DNA of 48,769 nt from a virus. Its lineage: Duplodnaviria; Caudoviricetes. Below are positions 25,172-35,084 of the stretch, one piece after another. Position 1 is the stretch's first letter; every line of letters begins with the position of its first letter. The translations under genes and the position numbers were made by a program. The notes under the pieces were generated by a model. It saw only the letters and a list, made by a program, of their open reading frames with translations, did not search any database and was not told the origin of the DNA. The stretch is from positions 1-48,769 of the IMG/VR virus record IMGVR_UViG_3300037484_000573; one strand, written 5' to 3'.

Positions 25172-27763
25172 CTAATCCCACGACTTGAAACTATCTCTAA
25201 AAAGGATGTAAGCCGTAACCGTTGGCGCTCCGCTTGTCGCCACAAACGAGGTTAAATCCTGACTACCCGGTTGCAATGCCCAGATGCCAAAGTCTGAATT
25301 GGGCAAAACCGCATCAAACCGAGGCCCAAAAAAGCTGCTGATAACTGTCCTGTTAAGGGGATTCAAGTCAACTGTAAGCGTCTCACCATTTAGAAGTGAA
25401 TAGTTGAAAAGTATCTCTAACCCAATTGTCTCATTTTTAAGCGTCTCAATAATAGCAGTAGTGCCACCGCTTCGAGTGTAGACAATCTTGGGAAATGCCA
25501 GCGCACTACCGCCGTTCGAGGCTGTGATTTTACCGGCAAAGTTGCCTGTTCCTGATGTATCAAAACTTAGGAATAAATCATATTTTTGCTCTATAACTGG
25601 GTCAACAAATTTACTAGCTAAAACTCCATATACGTTAGGTACTCCTGGTAAATCTATATCAAGATGCGCCCATGCGTATCCATTCCATCGGGCTATACCC
25701 TCTGCCAGAGTTATTCCCCCAGCGCTGGCAAATCCACCTCCTACATACAAAGTACCATCCTGCCCAATAGACAGCGAAATGACAGAGCCACTAAGACCAC
25801 TCCCCAATGCCGCAAAAGAAGCTCCATTCCAAGAGGCAGTATAATTAGCCGTATTACCCCCAGCGGTAGTAAAATCTCCGCCCATATATACAAGCCCTGA
25901 ATTGGGGTCAACAACCAATCTATTAACTAAGGCGTTGAGTCCAGTTCCCAAAGCAGAAAAGGTACTGCCGTCCCATGAGGCAACATAATTAGCGGCTGTT
26001 CCTCCGATAGTGGTAAAAGTACCCCCCACATAAAGGATGTTGCCAAATCCGATAGCTAAAGCATTTACGGTAAAATTAGTACCTGTAGACAAGGCACTAT
26101 AAGCTGTGCCATTCCACATGACAATACCATCTGCATTGGCAATATTATTCCAATTGAGGAAAGAGCCACCGATGTATAAATTGCCAGATAAATCAAAGGC
26201 TAAAGCTCTTGCACTGGTTATGGCTGCTGCTCCCGTTAATGGCACGCCTACCGCTGCAAAAGCTGTACCATTCCAGACAGTTAGGTAATCAGCAGCCGCG
26301 ATTCCACCAGCGTCGGTAAATTGACCAGCAATATATACATCTCCGTTAGGCGCAATAGCGATAGCATTGACTATATTATTTAGTCCACTACCTAACGCCG
26401 AATAAACGCCGGTTTGTTTATTGTACCTAACGATATTATCAGCAGCAGCTATATTGTCAAAGTTACTAAAAGAGCCACCGATATAAATATAAGTTGCATC
26501 CTCCGCTAATGCCTGGGCATTTCCATAAGTTCCCGCCGCATTAGGCGGTCCAAGTGCTGACCATTGCCCTGTTGACTTTAACCTACCTGCAAATACCCGG
26601 AACGTATCACTGTCATTCGTATCAAGTACCGCCGCCGATTCGCCAATCTCATACCACATCGGGTCAGGGGCTACAAGTTGAATAGCCGCTTTTTCAACAA
26701 ACTTCTTTGTTTCTTCCCACTGGCTATCCTCAACCGGTGAAAAGGTCTTATTGTAGAACGCCGCCAAGTCACCTTCAAGGCCGCCCTGATAATAAGCACT
26801 TATTTCCTTTGGTACTCTCGCCCCATAGAATTGAAACTTGACTGGCTGATTATCGGGATAGGTATCTGAGGCCAGTGCCGTTATTAGCGCCTGCCGATTG
26901 TCGTGTAATTCCTGTTCACTATCGGCTATGAATTTGCCCACTAAAGTAAAGTTACGAGGTTCTAACTTGATGCTGTTTAACTCAGCGCCGGGTAAAAGGG
27001 CATAAGGGTCAAGCCCAATTGTGGGAGTTACCGCGCCTGTACCAACTACCTTTTGCACCAAAAAGCCATAGTCATCAAACAAATCTTGGGGCTTACCGCC
27101 GGCCCGTGATTGCCCACTACGGGTAGAAGTCGAGGCATTAGCCACGCCATTCCAACCACAGCCGGGTTGTGTGCCATCGCAGTAAGTTGTGTACTCTGTT
27201 TGGGCTTCTACCTGCACCCCGTCAACGTAGAAATCGCCACTACCTGGCCCTATTTGGGCAATGCGTACAAAAGTAGAGCCGTTGGCCCTAGAGCCATCAA
27301 AACGCACCCCGTATAAAAACCAGCCATCCCCATAAGTTTCAAGTAATTGCGCCTGTATTAAGGGAGATGCTTTGAGGATAAACCCCCACCGGGCCGGTAA
27401 CTTGCCTCTAACCCGCGCCGTTGCCCAGTAGGTTTGATTAGTAAGCGTGTTGCCTAAAGCAAGTTGTATACCCTGTGCATTACCCCCGGTTTGCAGTCGG
27501 TAGGACTGAATCCCATATTTCTGGAAGGTAGTCACCTGAGTGACGGTTGCCGCGCCCAATGCGACAAAGTTACCCGTTGTCTCCCCTGAGGGGTTGACTA
27601 CCTGGTTGGTAGTGGCAACTGGATTCACAAACCGCCAGCCGTTTGACATGCACTCAAGATTTACAGTAGTTCCCATGATGATCGGTAAATAGGTAAAGTT
27701 AGGCTCTTGTGCCTGAACTGGTAGACAGAATAGCAGTAATAAAAGAAGTAAAAGCCGTTTCAT
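25172..27763 (-). CDS. distal tail (Dit-like) protein with carbohydrate-binding-like N-domain and beta-propeller insertion
   Basis: Follows the tape measure gene; NQVVNPSGE..DGVQVE, IQLVAPDPMWY, repeats of 'LYxGGxF...A.WNG..FSALG.GL', LQPGSQ. Confidence 0.7.
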   Translation of the reverse strand: MKRLLLLLLLLFCLPVQAQEPNFTYLPIIMGTTVNLECMSNGWRFVNPVATTNQVVNPSGETTGNFVALGAATVTQVTTFQKYGIQSYRLQTGGNAQGIQLALGNTLTNQTYWATARVRGKLPARWGFILKASPLIQAQLLETYGDGWFLYGVRFDGSRANGSTFVRIAQIGPGSGDFYVDGVQVEAQTEYTTYCDGTQPGCGWNGVANASTSTRSGQSRAGGKPQDLFDDYGFLVQKVVGTGAVTPTIGLDPYALLPGAELNSIKLEPRNFTLVGKFIADSEQELHDNRQALITALASDTYPDNQPVKFQFYGARVPKEISAYYQGGLEGDLAAFYNKTFSPVEDSQWEETKKFVEKAAIQLVAPDPMWYEIGESAAVLDTNDSDTFRVFAGRLKSTGQWSALGPPNAAGTYGNAQALAEDATYIYIGGSFSNFDNIAAADNIVRYNKQTGVYSALGSGLNNIVNAIAIAPNGDVYIAGQFTDAGGIAAADYLTVWNGTAFAAVGVPLTGAAAITSARALAFDLSGNLYIGGSFLNWNNIANADGIVMWNGTAYSALSTGTNFTVNALAIGFGNILYVGGTFTTIGGTAANYVASWDGSTFSALGTGLNALVNRLVVDPNSGLVYMGGDFTTAGGNTANYTASWNGASFAALGSGLSGSVISLSIGQDGTLYVGGGFASAGGITLAEGIARWNGYAWAHLDIDLPGVPNVYGVLASKFVDPVIEQKYDLFLSFDTSGTGNFAGKITASNGGSALAFPKIVYTRSGGTTAIIETLKNETIGLEILFNYSLLNGETLTVDLNPLNRTVISSFFGPRFDAVLPNSDFGIWALQPGSQDLTSFVATSGAPTVTAYILFRDSFKSWD

Positions 27764-27777
27764 TTGTCCTCTGCATT

Positions 27778-30700
27778 TTAACCTACCATTGCTTGCATAA
27801 TGGCGTATTGATTGATAACCCCTTGCGGAGTAGCGCCACTATTAACTGTCATATCAAAGTTGTAATTTGAGATGCTTCCACCTTGCCCCCCACTTCCTAA
27901 AACAGGCGCTTGTACCATTGCCGGAACCTGGCTAATTAACTTACCTGTTGCCCGCATTACATCGGGGATTGAGCGCAAAATACCCCTACCCAATCCACTA
28001 CCGGCTAACTCGCCTTTGCCCATCATAACCTTAGATGGTGATGCTATTTGTAAATCCTTATTCACCTGTTCGATCATCGCTTGTACCAGCCGGTTAGTTG
28101 CCTCTACCATATCCGGTATAGAGGCATCAAGGCCCAATGTAATGCCACCCAAAATATCTTTGACGTTTAACCCGGCGTCACTAAGCGTTTTAACCAGGTC
28201 AAGCTGCTGCTGTAGGAAATTTAGCTTTTGCTGATTTTGTTGTAATTGTAAAATGTCATCCTGAATATCTCTTTGTTCTTGTAAGGCAACATTTAGCTTT
28301 TCTTGCGCCTGCGCCTGAGTTAAAACACTACCCTCAAAATTAACCGTTGCCTCGCCGCTTTTAACTAGCTCTTGTAAGGTTGATACGCGGGTATCAAGTA
28401 TATCAACACTTGCCCCTACGATATTGTTAAGCTGATTACCAATTGTCAAGGCTGTTGATGCCGCCTGAATAAATGCTTTCTGTTGTGCCTTTTTTAGCCT
28501 GGCAGTGGCATTAGCAAACTGCTCCAAGAATTGCCCAAATCCACCTTGAACAATTGACCCGGCTTCACCGCTAAAGACGTTTTGGCCTAATATCCCTGCT
28601 TCTCTGGCCAGCCTTCTGAATGTTTCCTCTGGATTGGCGCTTCCTAAAATCTCAGTCTGATTGCCGGCAAATACCCCACTTAGTTGCTGGGTTGCCATTT
28701 CTCGCTTACCAGTTTCAAGTCCTCTAAACTCAAAGAACCTTGCCAGGCCTCTTGTGGCCTGAGATACAATATTCTCGTTACTGGCTATATTCCGGTTAAG
28801 GTGGAGCAGGCTATCAATAGTACCCTGACTAATGGTCATTGTGCTAAGCGCACTACCTGCTTGCCCAGCGGCATTAGCGATACCCAGCAAGGCGGTTTCA
28901 AGGGGAGTAGGTGAGCCAGGGGTGAGAATATCAGGTAGAGTAAAGTCTGATACCGCATCGGCCAAAGCGTTGAAAAAGGCCGTTGCCTCTTTGATTGCAT
29001 TTTTAACCCCATCCATTGCCTTTTTGAAAATAGGCAGGACATTTTCAGCCATGTCCTTTAGTATCGGCCCTAGCCCCTCATTGCCCGTTAAATTCTCGCC
29101 GGCACTCGTAAAAATAGGGATGACTTTTTCTTGTATAAACTTCCACACCTCATTAAGCGCAGGTAATAATACCTTTTGCCATAATCCTGCCATTGCCTGA
29201 ATAGCCTTATTTACTACGGTCGTTATCAAGTTACCCACTGAGGCTAATAGAGGTAGGATGCTAGTGCTGATAAATCCCCATACAGCGCTTAAGGCCGGTA
29301 ACAAAACATTTGTCCATTGGCTAGATAAGTTATCTACAGCAAACCCGACAACGCTTACTAGAAAATCCTGAAGTTGCATCCAAAGGGGGAACATTGTACC
29401 ACTTACAAAGTCCCAAATAACTGTCATAGCTGGCAACAGGATATTTGTCCAAGTGTCAGCTAGGAATTGCAGCGCTATCGGGATATTCGTCATGAGCCAA
29501 GTAGTAAGCTGAGATAAAATCGGCTGAATAACCGCCCATGCCGCGAATGTCTTACCTTGAATATCGCCCCAATTCCCGGCCCACGCCGCGCCAAGCAACG
29601 CTGCCCCAGCGACAACTAACATAATCGGACTTACCAGGCTGACTATCCCGGCCACGATAGCCGCAAATACCCCACCGGCCAAAACAGCGCCCACGCCTAA
29701 TAATGCACCTTTAATCTCAGTAAAGTGGTCTATGACGAATTGCACTCCCACCGTTAAGGCGGGTAATAAGTTGGTTGACAAAAACGAGATAGCCGCGCCA
29801 AGTGTGTTAGTCAGCGTATTGGCCAATGTAGCTGAGTCCCCCATGATTAAGGTCATCAACTCAGATACCTTTTTGAACAGTAATGCGCCACCCTCTAATC
29901 CCAATGAGGCGAGTAAACCGCCCGCGCCAAACTTTTGAAATGCGGTAAATAGCTCTTGGCCCTTTTGAATGAGGCTATCAAAAAAGGCCACAATAGCCGT
30001 TGAGTTACCTGTTGCCAGTCCTGCTAGGGTAGAGGTGACTTGACGCAAGATAGGCAGGAATAAGTCACCCACCTGAATTTGAATGGCTTGGATGATACCC
30101 TGTAGAATTTCCCATGCACCCGACAGTGTATCAACGCGGGTTGCAGCAGCTTTGGAGGCTTGCCCACTTCTATTAACCGATACTGATAAATCTCTGAACT
30201 GTTGCTCAGTCATCCCCGATAAGGCCAGCAAGGTACGAGAGGCATCACTGCCCCCGATAACCGCCGCTGTATTAGCCCGTTGCTCATCACTCATACCGGC
30301 TAAGGCTTTATTCAAATCTCCAACAATATCACCCATTTCCCGCATTTTGCCAGAGCTATCAAAAACTGATATACCTAAGTCGGCCATTGCTTGCTTAGAT
30401 TCATCGGTTGGATTGGCAAAGCGTTGCAATAAAGTTTTGAGCGAAGTACCAGCATCAGAACCGCTTGAGAAACTAGAGGCAGTAGAGGCAATAATAGCGT
30501 TAAAATCAGATAATGATACGCCGGTACTGTTGGCAATCTCACCGGCATTAGCCAGGGCTAAAGCGTAATCATTAGCATCAAACTTACTCGCAACAAGTAC
30601 GCCGGTTATGCCGTCTGCAACCTGCTCTAAGTCACTCGCCTGTAAGTTAAAATTCTGCATAGCCCCGGTAGCAATATTTGCCGCTGTCCCAAAATCAGCC

Positions 30701-31242
30701 CCGGTTGCATTAGCCATAGCAATGGTAGATTCAGCCGCCCCGCCAAGTATCTGCGAGGTAGTTAGCCCATTTTGCCCAAGTAACTGAATAGCCTCAGCCG
30801 CCTGGGTTACGTTTACGGTTAGATTGGGATTAAGAGAGAGGTCTAAAATCTCTTGTTTAAGTGGGCCTACAGCGTCTTTTGTAACGCCCATTGTAGCCGC
30901 AATGTTAGCCATCTGTTGGTCAAGGTCTTTAGCTTGACCAACACCCGATATGGCAAAAGTGGTTATGCCTGCGCCCAATGCCAGTACACCGGTTAGGGCA
31001 GCGCCGCCGGCAATTGTCCCCACCTTTAGCAGCGAATCGCCTAGCCCGACAAACTGACCGGCTACAGCGGATAAGGGCGAACCTAAAGAAGAGAGGGCTG
31101 AACTTAGCCCCCCCGTTGATTTTTCAACTCCTTTAGCCTTCTTTTCAATACCATCATAGGCGTCAAGGATAGTTTTAGCGCCGGCCTCAAAGCTACGTAG
31201 CCCGGCAATTGCCGCCTCAAGCCCAACGGCTGGTAATGGCAT
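27778..31242 (-). CDS. tail tape measure protein (TP901-like core)
   Basis: 1154 aa, Ala/Gly-rich; GSDAGTSLKT, LGISVFDSSGKMR; Trp-spaced repeats; IASPSKVM. Confidence 0.92.
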   Translation of the reverse strand: MPLPAVGLEAAIAGLRSFEAGAKTILDAYDGIEKKAKGVEKSTGGLSSALSSLGSPLSAVAGQFVGLGDSLLKVGTIAGGAALTGVLALGAGITTFAISGVGQAKDLDQQMANIAATMGVTKDAVGPLKQEILDLSLNPNLTVNVTQAAEAIQLLGQNGLTTSQILGGAAESTIAMANATGADFGTAANIATGAMQNFNLQASDLEQVADGITGVLVASKFDANDYALALANAGEIANSTGVSLSDFNAIIASTASSFSSGSDAGTSLKTLLQRFANPTDESKQAMADLGISVFDSSGKMREMGDIVGDLNKALAGMSDEQRANTAAVIGGSDASRTLLALSGMTEQQFRDLSVSVNRSGQASKAAATRVDTLSGAWEILQGIIQAIQIQVGDLFLPILRQVTSTLAGLATGNSTAIVAFFDSLIQKGQELFTAFQKFGAGGLLASLGLEGGALLFKKVSELMTLIMGDSATLANTLTNTLGAAISFLSTNLLPALTVGVQFVIDHFTEIKGALLGVGAVLAGGVFAAIVAGIVSLVSPIMLVVAGAALLGAAWAGNWGDIQGKTFAAWAVIQPILSQLTTWLMTNIPIALQFLADTWTNILLPAMTVIWDFVSGTMFPLWMQLQDFLVSVVGFAVDNLSSQWTNVLLPALSAVWGFISTSILPLLASVGNLITTVVNKAIQAMAGLWQKVLLPALNEVWKFIQEKVIPIFTSAGENLTGNEGLGPILKDMAENVLPIFKKAMDGVKNAIKEATAFFNALADAVSDFTLPDILTPGSPTPLETALLGIANAAGQAGSALSTMTISQGTIDSLLHLNRNIASNENIVSQATRGLARFFEFRGLETGKREMATQQLSGVFAGNQTEILGSANPEETFRRLAREAGILGQNVFSGEAGSIVQGGFGQFLEQFANATARLKKAQQKAFIQAASTALTIGNQLNNIVGASVDILDTRVSTLQELVKSGEATVNFEGSVLTQAQAQEKLNVALQEQRDIQDDILQLQQNQQKLNFLQQQLDLVKTLSDAGLNVKDILGGITLGLDASIPDMVEATNRLVQAMIEQVNKDLQIASPSKVMMGKGELAGSGLGRGILRSIPDVMRATGKLISQVPAMVQAPVLGSGGQGGSISNYNFDMTVNSGATPQGVINQYAIMQAMVG

Positions 31243-31514
31243 TATTTTTTCCTTTTACGGGTAGCATTACGTTTAGCTTCCTCGTTTTGCTCATGAGCAT
31301 TTATTGCCTCAATACGCCATTGGGATTCGTACCAGGCCAGAATGTCAAGCCGGTCATCCAAGCTCAGGGCGTCAAAATCAGACGGTATAGCAATCCCCCG
31401 CTTATGTGAAGCCTCAAGCTCCCTGTACCTCCGGTTGTACTGCCAACCGCTTGACTTTAGTAGCGCTGGATGGCGTAGCGCCGTTAGTTTCTGGCTGTGC
31501 CACGTTATCTCGAA
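31242..31514 (-). CDS. frameshifted C-terminal extension of the tail assembly chaperone (gpGT-like)
   Basis: 90-codon +1 frame with no ATG, from ACC TTT CGA to a TAA overlapping the tape measure ATG. Confidence 0.7.
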   Translation of the reverse strand, partial: FEITWHSQKLTALRHPALLKSSGWQYNRRYRELEASHKRGIAIPSDFDALSLDDRLDILAWYESQWRIEAINAHEQNEEAKRNATRKRKK

Positions 31515-32022
31515 AGGTATCCATTCTAGCTGACACCTCTGGGTCAGTTACTTGAGTTTGACCAATGGCAGAGGCAAATAAGAATTGCCAGTCACCCGCG
31601 CTACGGATAACATACTCGGTTAGAAACTGGATGCGCCTATCCTCTAAATCAGTCGGGTAAGCTTCATCTGTCCTACTTTCAATACGGGCTATTTTGGAAT
31701 CGTATTGCTCAATCCCCCCGTCAACGTCAACGCAGTAGTCAATAATCGCTTCACCCTGGTCATTGATACGAGCTTCATCAATCGCCCTCTTTTTCTCAAG
31801 ATAGTGAGGGTCAGTCGGGTTGTCTACCTGCTCAGTACCATCAACCGTCTTAATCGTCTTTTTTGGCACTGATTCATAAGGATGATCTTTCTCTACCTTA
31901 GCCAAAACCCTGCGCCACAATTGAGACGGTATCGGCCTAACCCATATCTTGATGCCGCTTGTACATATGTGACTTTCGCCACTTTCAACTTTTTCTAATG
32001 CTTCTCTAGCTTTACTTGGCAT
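31414..32022 (-). CDS. tail assembly chaperone (gpG-like)
   Basis: Lies between the tail tube and tape measure genes, with a slippery site near its 3' end. Confidence 0.75.
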   Translation of the reverse strand: MPSKAREALEKVESGESHICTSGIKIWVRPIPSQLWRRVLAKVEKDHPYESVPKKTIKTVDGTEQVDNPTDPHYLEKKRAIDEARINDQGEAIIDYCVDVDGGIEQYDSKIARIESRTDEAYPTDLEDRRIQFLTEYVIRSAGDWQFLFASAIGQTQVTDPEVSARMDTFRDNVAQPETNGATPSSATKVKRLAVQPEVQGA

Positions 32023-32029
32023 CTATCTC

Positions 32030-33550
32030 CTAATTTAAGCCAGCCTTGATGATAACAGGATAACCCCCGAATAGCGCCCCGGCTGCAACAACTTCATTTA
32101 CATCACAACAGGCCAGTGCGTTGAGGTCAATACCGCTTTGGATAGTTTGGGTATAGTCCATGATAATCTCAACATCGTTACCACCCGCGCCGCCCGACAA
32201 GTCACGCAAGATTCTAGCGCGGGGGCCGGCGTCGTTGTGTAAAATGAACATTGCCTCCCCCGAACATGGCCCGCAGAAATCAATGTCATCAACCGTTCCT
32301 ACACTGTCACCATCAAAGGCTACACGGGTAAAGTTCAAGCCCTGATCTACAGACCGATAAATACGCCCGTTATTTGTGCCTATGTAAATCTCTCTACTGC
32401 GGTTAGGTGGGATAACAATATCAAGGATGTTAGCCGATGTAGTGGACGTTTCAGTAATGTCACTCCAGGTTTGCCCACCGTCTGATGACATAATCATAGC
32501 GCCGTTATTGCCGGCTGCTACAATCAAATCCTTGTCATAGGCAAAAACCGCGTTAATTGTTTCAGTAGTCAGCGTTGCGCTATGGGCTTCATTCCAGGTA
32601 ATACCACCGTCACCCGACTTAAGGACATAACCCCCAACACAACCAATCCACCACTCGCTTGACGTGCGCTTAAATAGTGCATTGTGATTAGTCGAAGGTG
32701 CGCGGGTCAGTACGACTTTGTTCCATTCGTTTTGGTCTTGAGTTGTCGAATCGTTGTAGGCAAAGGCGCTATCGCTATTGGACGTAACTCCAATCCGCTT
32801 ACCGGAACACTCGACATTTTCAGCGTTACCATTCAACCCTAGAATAGGTGTAACCGTCGCAGTAATCGCCCCTGATGCTAGGTTCTTAACCAGCTTAATC
32901 AGGTTAGGAGCAGCATAAGGCGCAGCGTCGGCATTGGTTACAGCAAAGAGTGTAGTACAGCCATCGCTTTCCACCCCACAATAACCTGCACATTTTGGGC
33001 TATCGCAATACTCAATATCGTTAATAAGTTGATCGCCCATCGTGGTGGTAGTGCCACCTATCCGCCCCGGTGAAATGTGCCTCACCTCATATTCGTTATT
33101 GGCGACAGCAGATGAGGTGACTAAAATCTCATCGTCATCCTCTGCGCTGGTTACAACCAAGTCATCATAACTTTTGGACTGTAAGCGCACATCACAATAC
33201 GACAAGATGAGGGGGTCGTAATTGGTGGTATCCTCACGCTCCCCACATATTGCATACCGTGCTCGTTGTGAAAAAGGACAGTTAAGGCGCTTGAGATAAT
33301 TTAGCTTCCCTAGTTTTGTCATCAAATCAAAGCTGATTAAATCAGGGGCACCCTGTATCATGCTGGATTGCCGGAAAGCCCCTGCGACTTTTGGGTCTTG
33401 ACAGAACTTACGTTCAAAGTCGCCAAAACCTACTTCCGGCCCCGACATAGAAGCGCAAGACGATAAGTAATACCAGGGATTGCCAGCCCCGCCCGGTTGC
33501 ACGTCCACATTGCCTTGTCCTTTACGGACTAATAATTCATCTGCCATCAT
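32030..33550 (-). CDS. probable major tail protein with C-terminal BNR/Asp-box beta-propeller
   Basis: Synteny upstream of the chaperone; Asp boxes SGDGGITW, SSDGGQTW, SVDQGLNF. Confidence 0.6.
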   Translation of the reverse strand: MMADELLVRKGQGNVDVQPGGAGNPWYYLSSCASMSGPEVGFGDFERKFCQDPKVAGAFRQSSMIQGAPDLISFDLMTKLGKLNYLKRLNCPFSQRARYAICGEREDTTNYDPLILSYCDVRLQSKSYDDLVVTSAEDDDEILVTSSAVANNEYEVRHISPGRIGGTTTTMGDQLINDIEYCDSPKCAGYCGVESDGCTTLFAVTNADAAPYAAPNLIKLVKNLASGAITATVTPILGLNGNAENVECSGKRIGVTSNSDSAFAYNDSTTQDQNEWNKVVLTRAPSTNHNALFKRTSSEWWIGCVGGYVLKSGDGGITWNEAHSATLTTETINAVFAYDKDLIVAAGNNGAMIMSSDGGQTWSDITETSTTSANILDIVIPPNRSREIYIGTNNGRIYRSVDQGLNFTRVAFDGDSVGTVDDIDFCGPCSGEAMFILHNDAGPRARILRDLSGGAGGNDVEIIMDYTQTIQSGIDLNALACCDVNEVVAAGALFGGYPVIIKAGLN

Positions 33551-34068
33551 TCCTCCAATTGCTTAGACACTCGTTTGAATGTGTTGTCAATAATCCGTTT
33601 GAAATCAGGTTCTATGTCCTCTGCAATCGTTTTGGAAAACTCCCGCGCCTCTGAGCCAGGATGGTGTACTACTTTGGCGAATACACGAGGGCCAGTTGAT
33701 ACACCCCCACCGCTTACCGTTCTAGCCGGTCTAGCCAGCGTCTTTGATTTGTATCCCGTGCGAAAGGATAACAATGGTACATTTTTTGCCGCTATCAAGT
33801 GAGACTCTGTCCCCTGGTCAACATAGCCGTAAATCTCAGCCGCTGGGCCGGTAGGAAAAACAGTAACCATTATTCGTTCAGCGTTGATAAACTTACGAGC
33901 TTTGAACACTGGCTTATTTTTCCAGTCAGCTACAACCAAGTTATGGGACTTAACAAGCGCTGGTTTTACTTCCCTATCCATTGCTTGCTCTAGCTCTTTT
34001 CGAGCTATGCTGTTTAGTTGGGTAATAAGCGCTCGTTTCTTGCCTTTCCTAATGCTACGGAATAACAT
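33547..34068 (-). CDS. neck/tail-completion protein (HK97 gp10-like)
   Basis: YVDQGTESHLI...VFAKVVHHPGSEAREF; position in the virion module. Confidence 0.6.
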   Translation of the reverse strand: MLFRSIRKGKKRALITQLNSIARKELEQAMDREVKPALVKSHNLVVADWKNKPVFKARKFINAERIMVTVFPTGPAAEIYGYVDQGTESHLIAAKNVPLLSFRTGYKSKTLARPARTVSGGGVSTGPRVFAKVVHHPGSEAREFSKTIAEDIEPDFKRIIDNTFKRVSKQLEE

Positions 34069-34396
34069 TCATCTTCTCAAATTCAGCTTGCGCCCATTCC
34101 TTGACGTGTTTAGGCCGATAGTCAGTAGTGTAGATATTACTTTTTGCTATATTGCACCGAGGGCAGAGCGGTTGAATATTTGTAATCCACGTTGACCCGC
34201 CTCTACTTGCTGGCTGTATGTGGTCGGGTGATAAATGACAATTACCTTTACCGCACTTCATACACTTGTAATCAGCAAACTCACAAAGCGTTTTCCATTG
34301 CTCAGGTGTAAAATAACCTACTGAGGCTTTACGCCGTCGCCCAATTCGGTATTGGACAGTTTTGGGTGATTGTCGGTAATAAGCTCCCCATTTCAT
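34055..34396 (-). CDS. HNH endonuclease
   Basis: KCMKCG...DHIQPASRGG...NIQPLCPRCN..K; start uncertain (ATG 34396 lies after a hairpin). Confidence 0.85.
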   Translation of the reverse strand: MKWGAYYRQSPKTVQYRIGRRRKASVGYFTPEQWKTLCEFADYKCMKCGKGNCHLSPDHIQPASRGGSTWITNIQPLCPRCNIAKSNIYTTDYRPKHVKEWAQAEFEKMNVIP

Positions 34397-34403
34397 AGGC
34401 AAT

Positions 34404-34430
34404 AAAAAAGGCGACTCAAATTGAGTCGCC
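34404..34430 (-). terminator. terminator-like hairpin
   Basis: GGCGACTCAA/TTGAGTCGCC followed by TTTTTT on the minus strand. Confidence 0.55.
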
Positions 34431-34476
34431 GCTAAGTACAAAGTACGCTAAGGCTAATTATTATTTTATGTTGATT

Positions 34477-34794
34477 TTAGTACAAGCTCTTAAATGCTTC
34501 CCCTGTCCACTTGGATATAGGTGCTGACTGCACTTGTATCCATTCCTGTCCATTCCAATTCCAAGAATTACCACAACCGTCCCATTTTGTCGTTAGACCT
34601 TCAACGAAGTTACCACCAATATAGAGAGTACCATCTTTCCCTACCTGCAAATTATTATCAGGATAATCAAACTCCCAAGTAGCTTTGTCGGGTAAGGTAT
34701 CATCTTGCGAAGTAGGCAATTGTATATTTGCTAATACTGGTAAAGTAGCAATAAGTGGAATTGATTTTATAAAATCTCGCCGGTTCATTATCAC
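34477..34794 (-). CDS. small protein with Tat-like signal and one propeller-type repeat
   Basis: MNRRDFIKS; DGTLYIGGNF..KWDG..WNG. Confidence 0.55.
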   Translation of the reverse strand: MIMNRRDFIKSIPLIATLPVLANIQLPTSQDDTLPDKATWEFDYPDNNLQVGKDGTLYIGGNFVEGLTTKWDGCGNSWNWNGQEWIQVQSAPISKWTGEAFKSLY

Positions 34795-34810
34795 CTCATT
34801 GATAAGTATA

Positions 34811-35084
34811 TCACATCATATGGTTATTGTCTACCACTTCATAAGTAGCTTCAAAAATATCAGGTTTACAGGGGTAATAATGCTCATTATCTGGGCTCTT
34901 GAATAATCCAATCGCCATTTTGAAGATAGGACTTTTGATTATGAATTGTTACCACCCATGCATCACCGATATATGTTTTACCATCACTAGAAGTTGACGG
35001 ATAGAACACCCCTTGAATTTTTGGCTTGTCATAAAAGAACTGCTCAGCATTTACGATTACTGGTTTCTTTCGGTATTGTCTCAT
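34811..35084 (-). pseudogene. conserved phage protein ('YRKKPV...PCKPDIF' type) split by a 1-nt frameshift
   Basis: MRQYRKKPVIV...GDWIIQEP stops at 34887; the +1 frame continues DNEHYYPCKPDIFEATYEVV to TGA at 34811. Confidence 0.65.

Noticed and set aside
23220-33993. Plus-strand ORFs opposite the tail genes
   Set aside because: Antisense shadows of long, recognisable genes.
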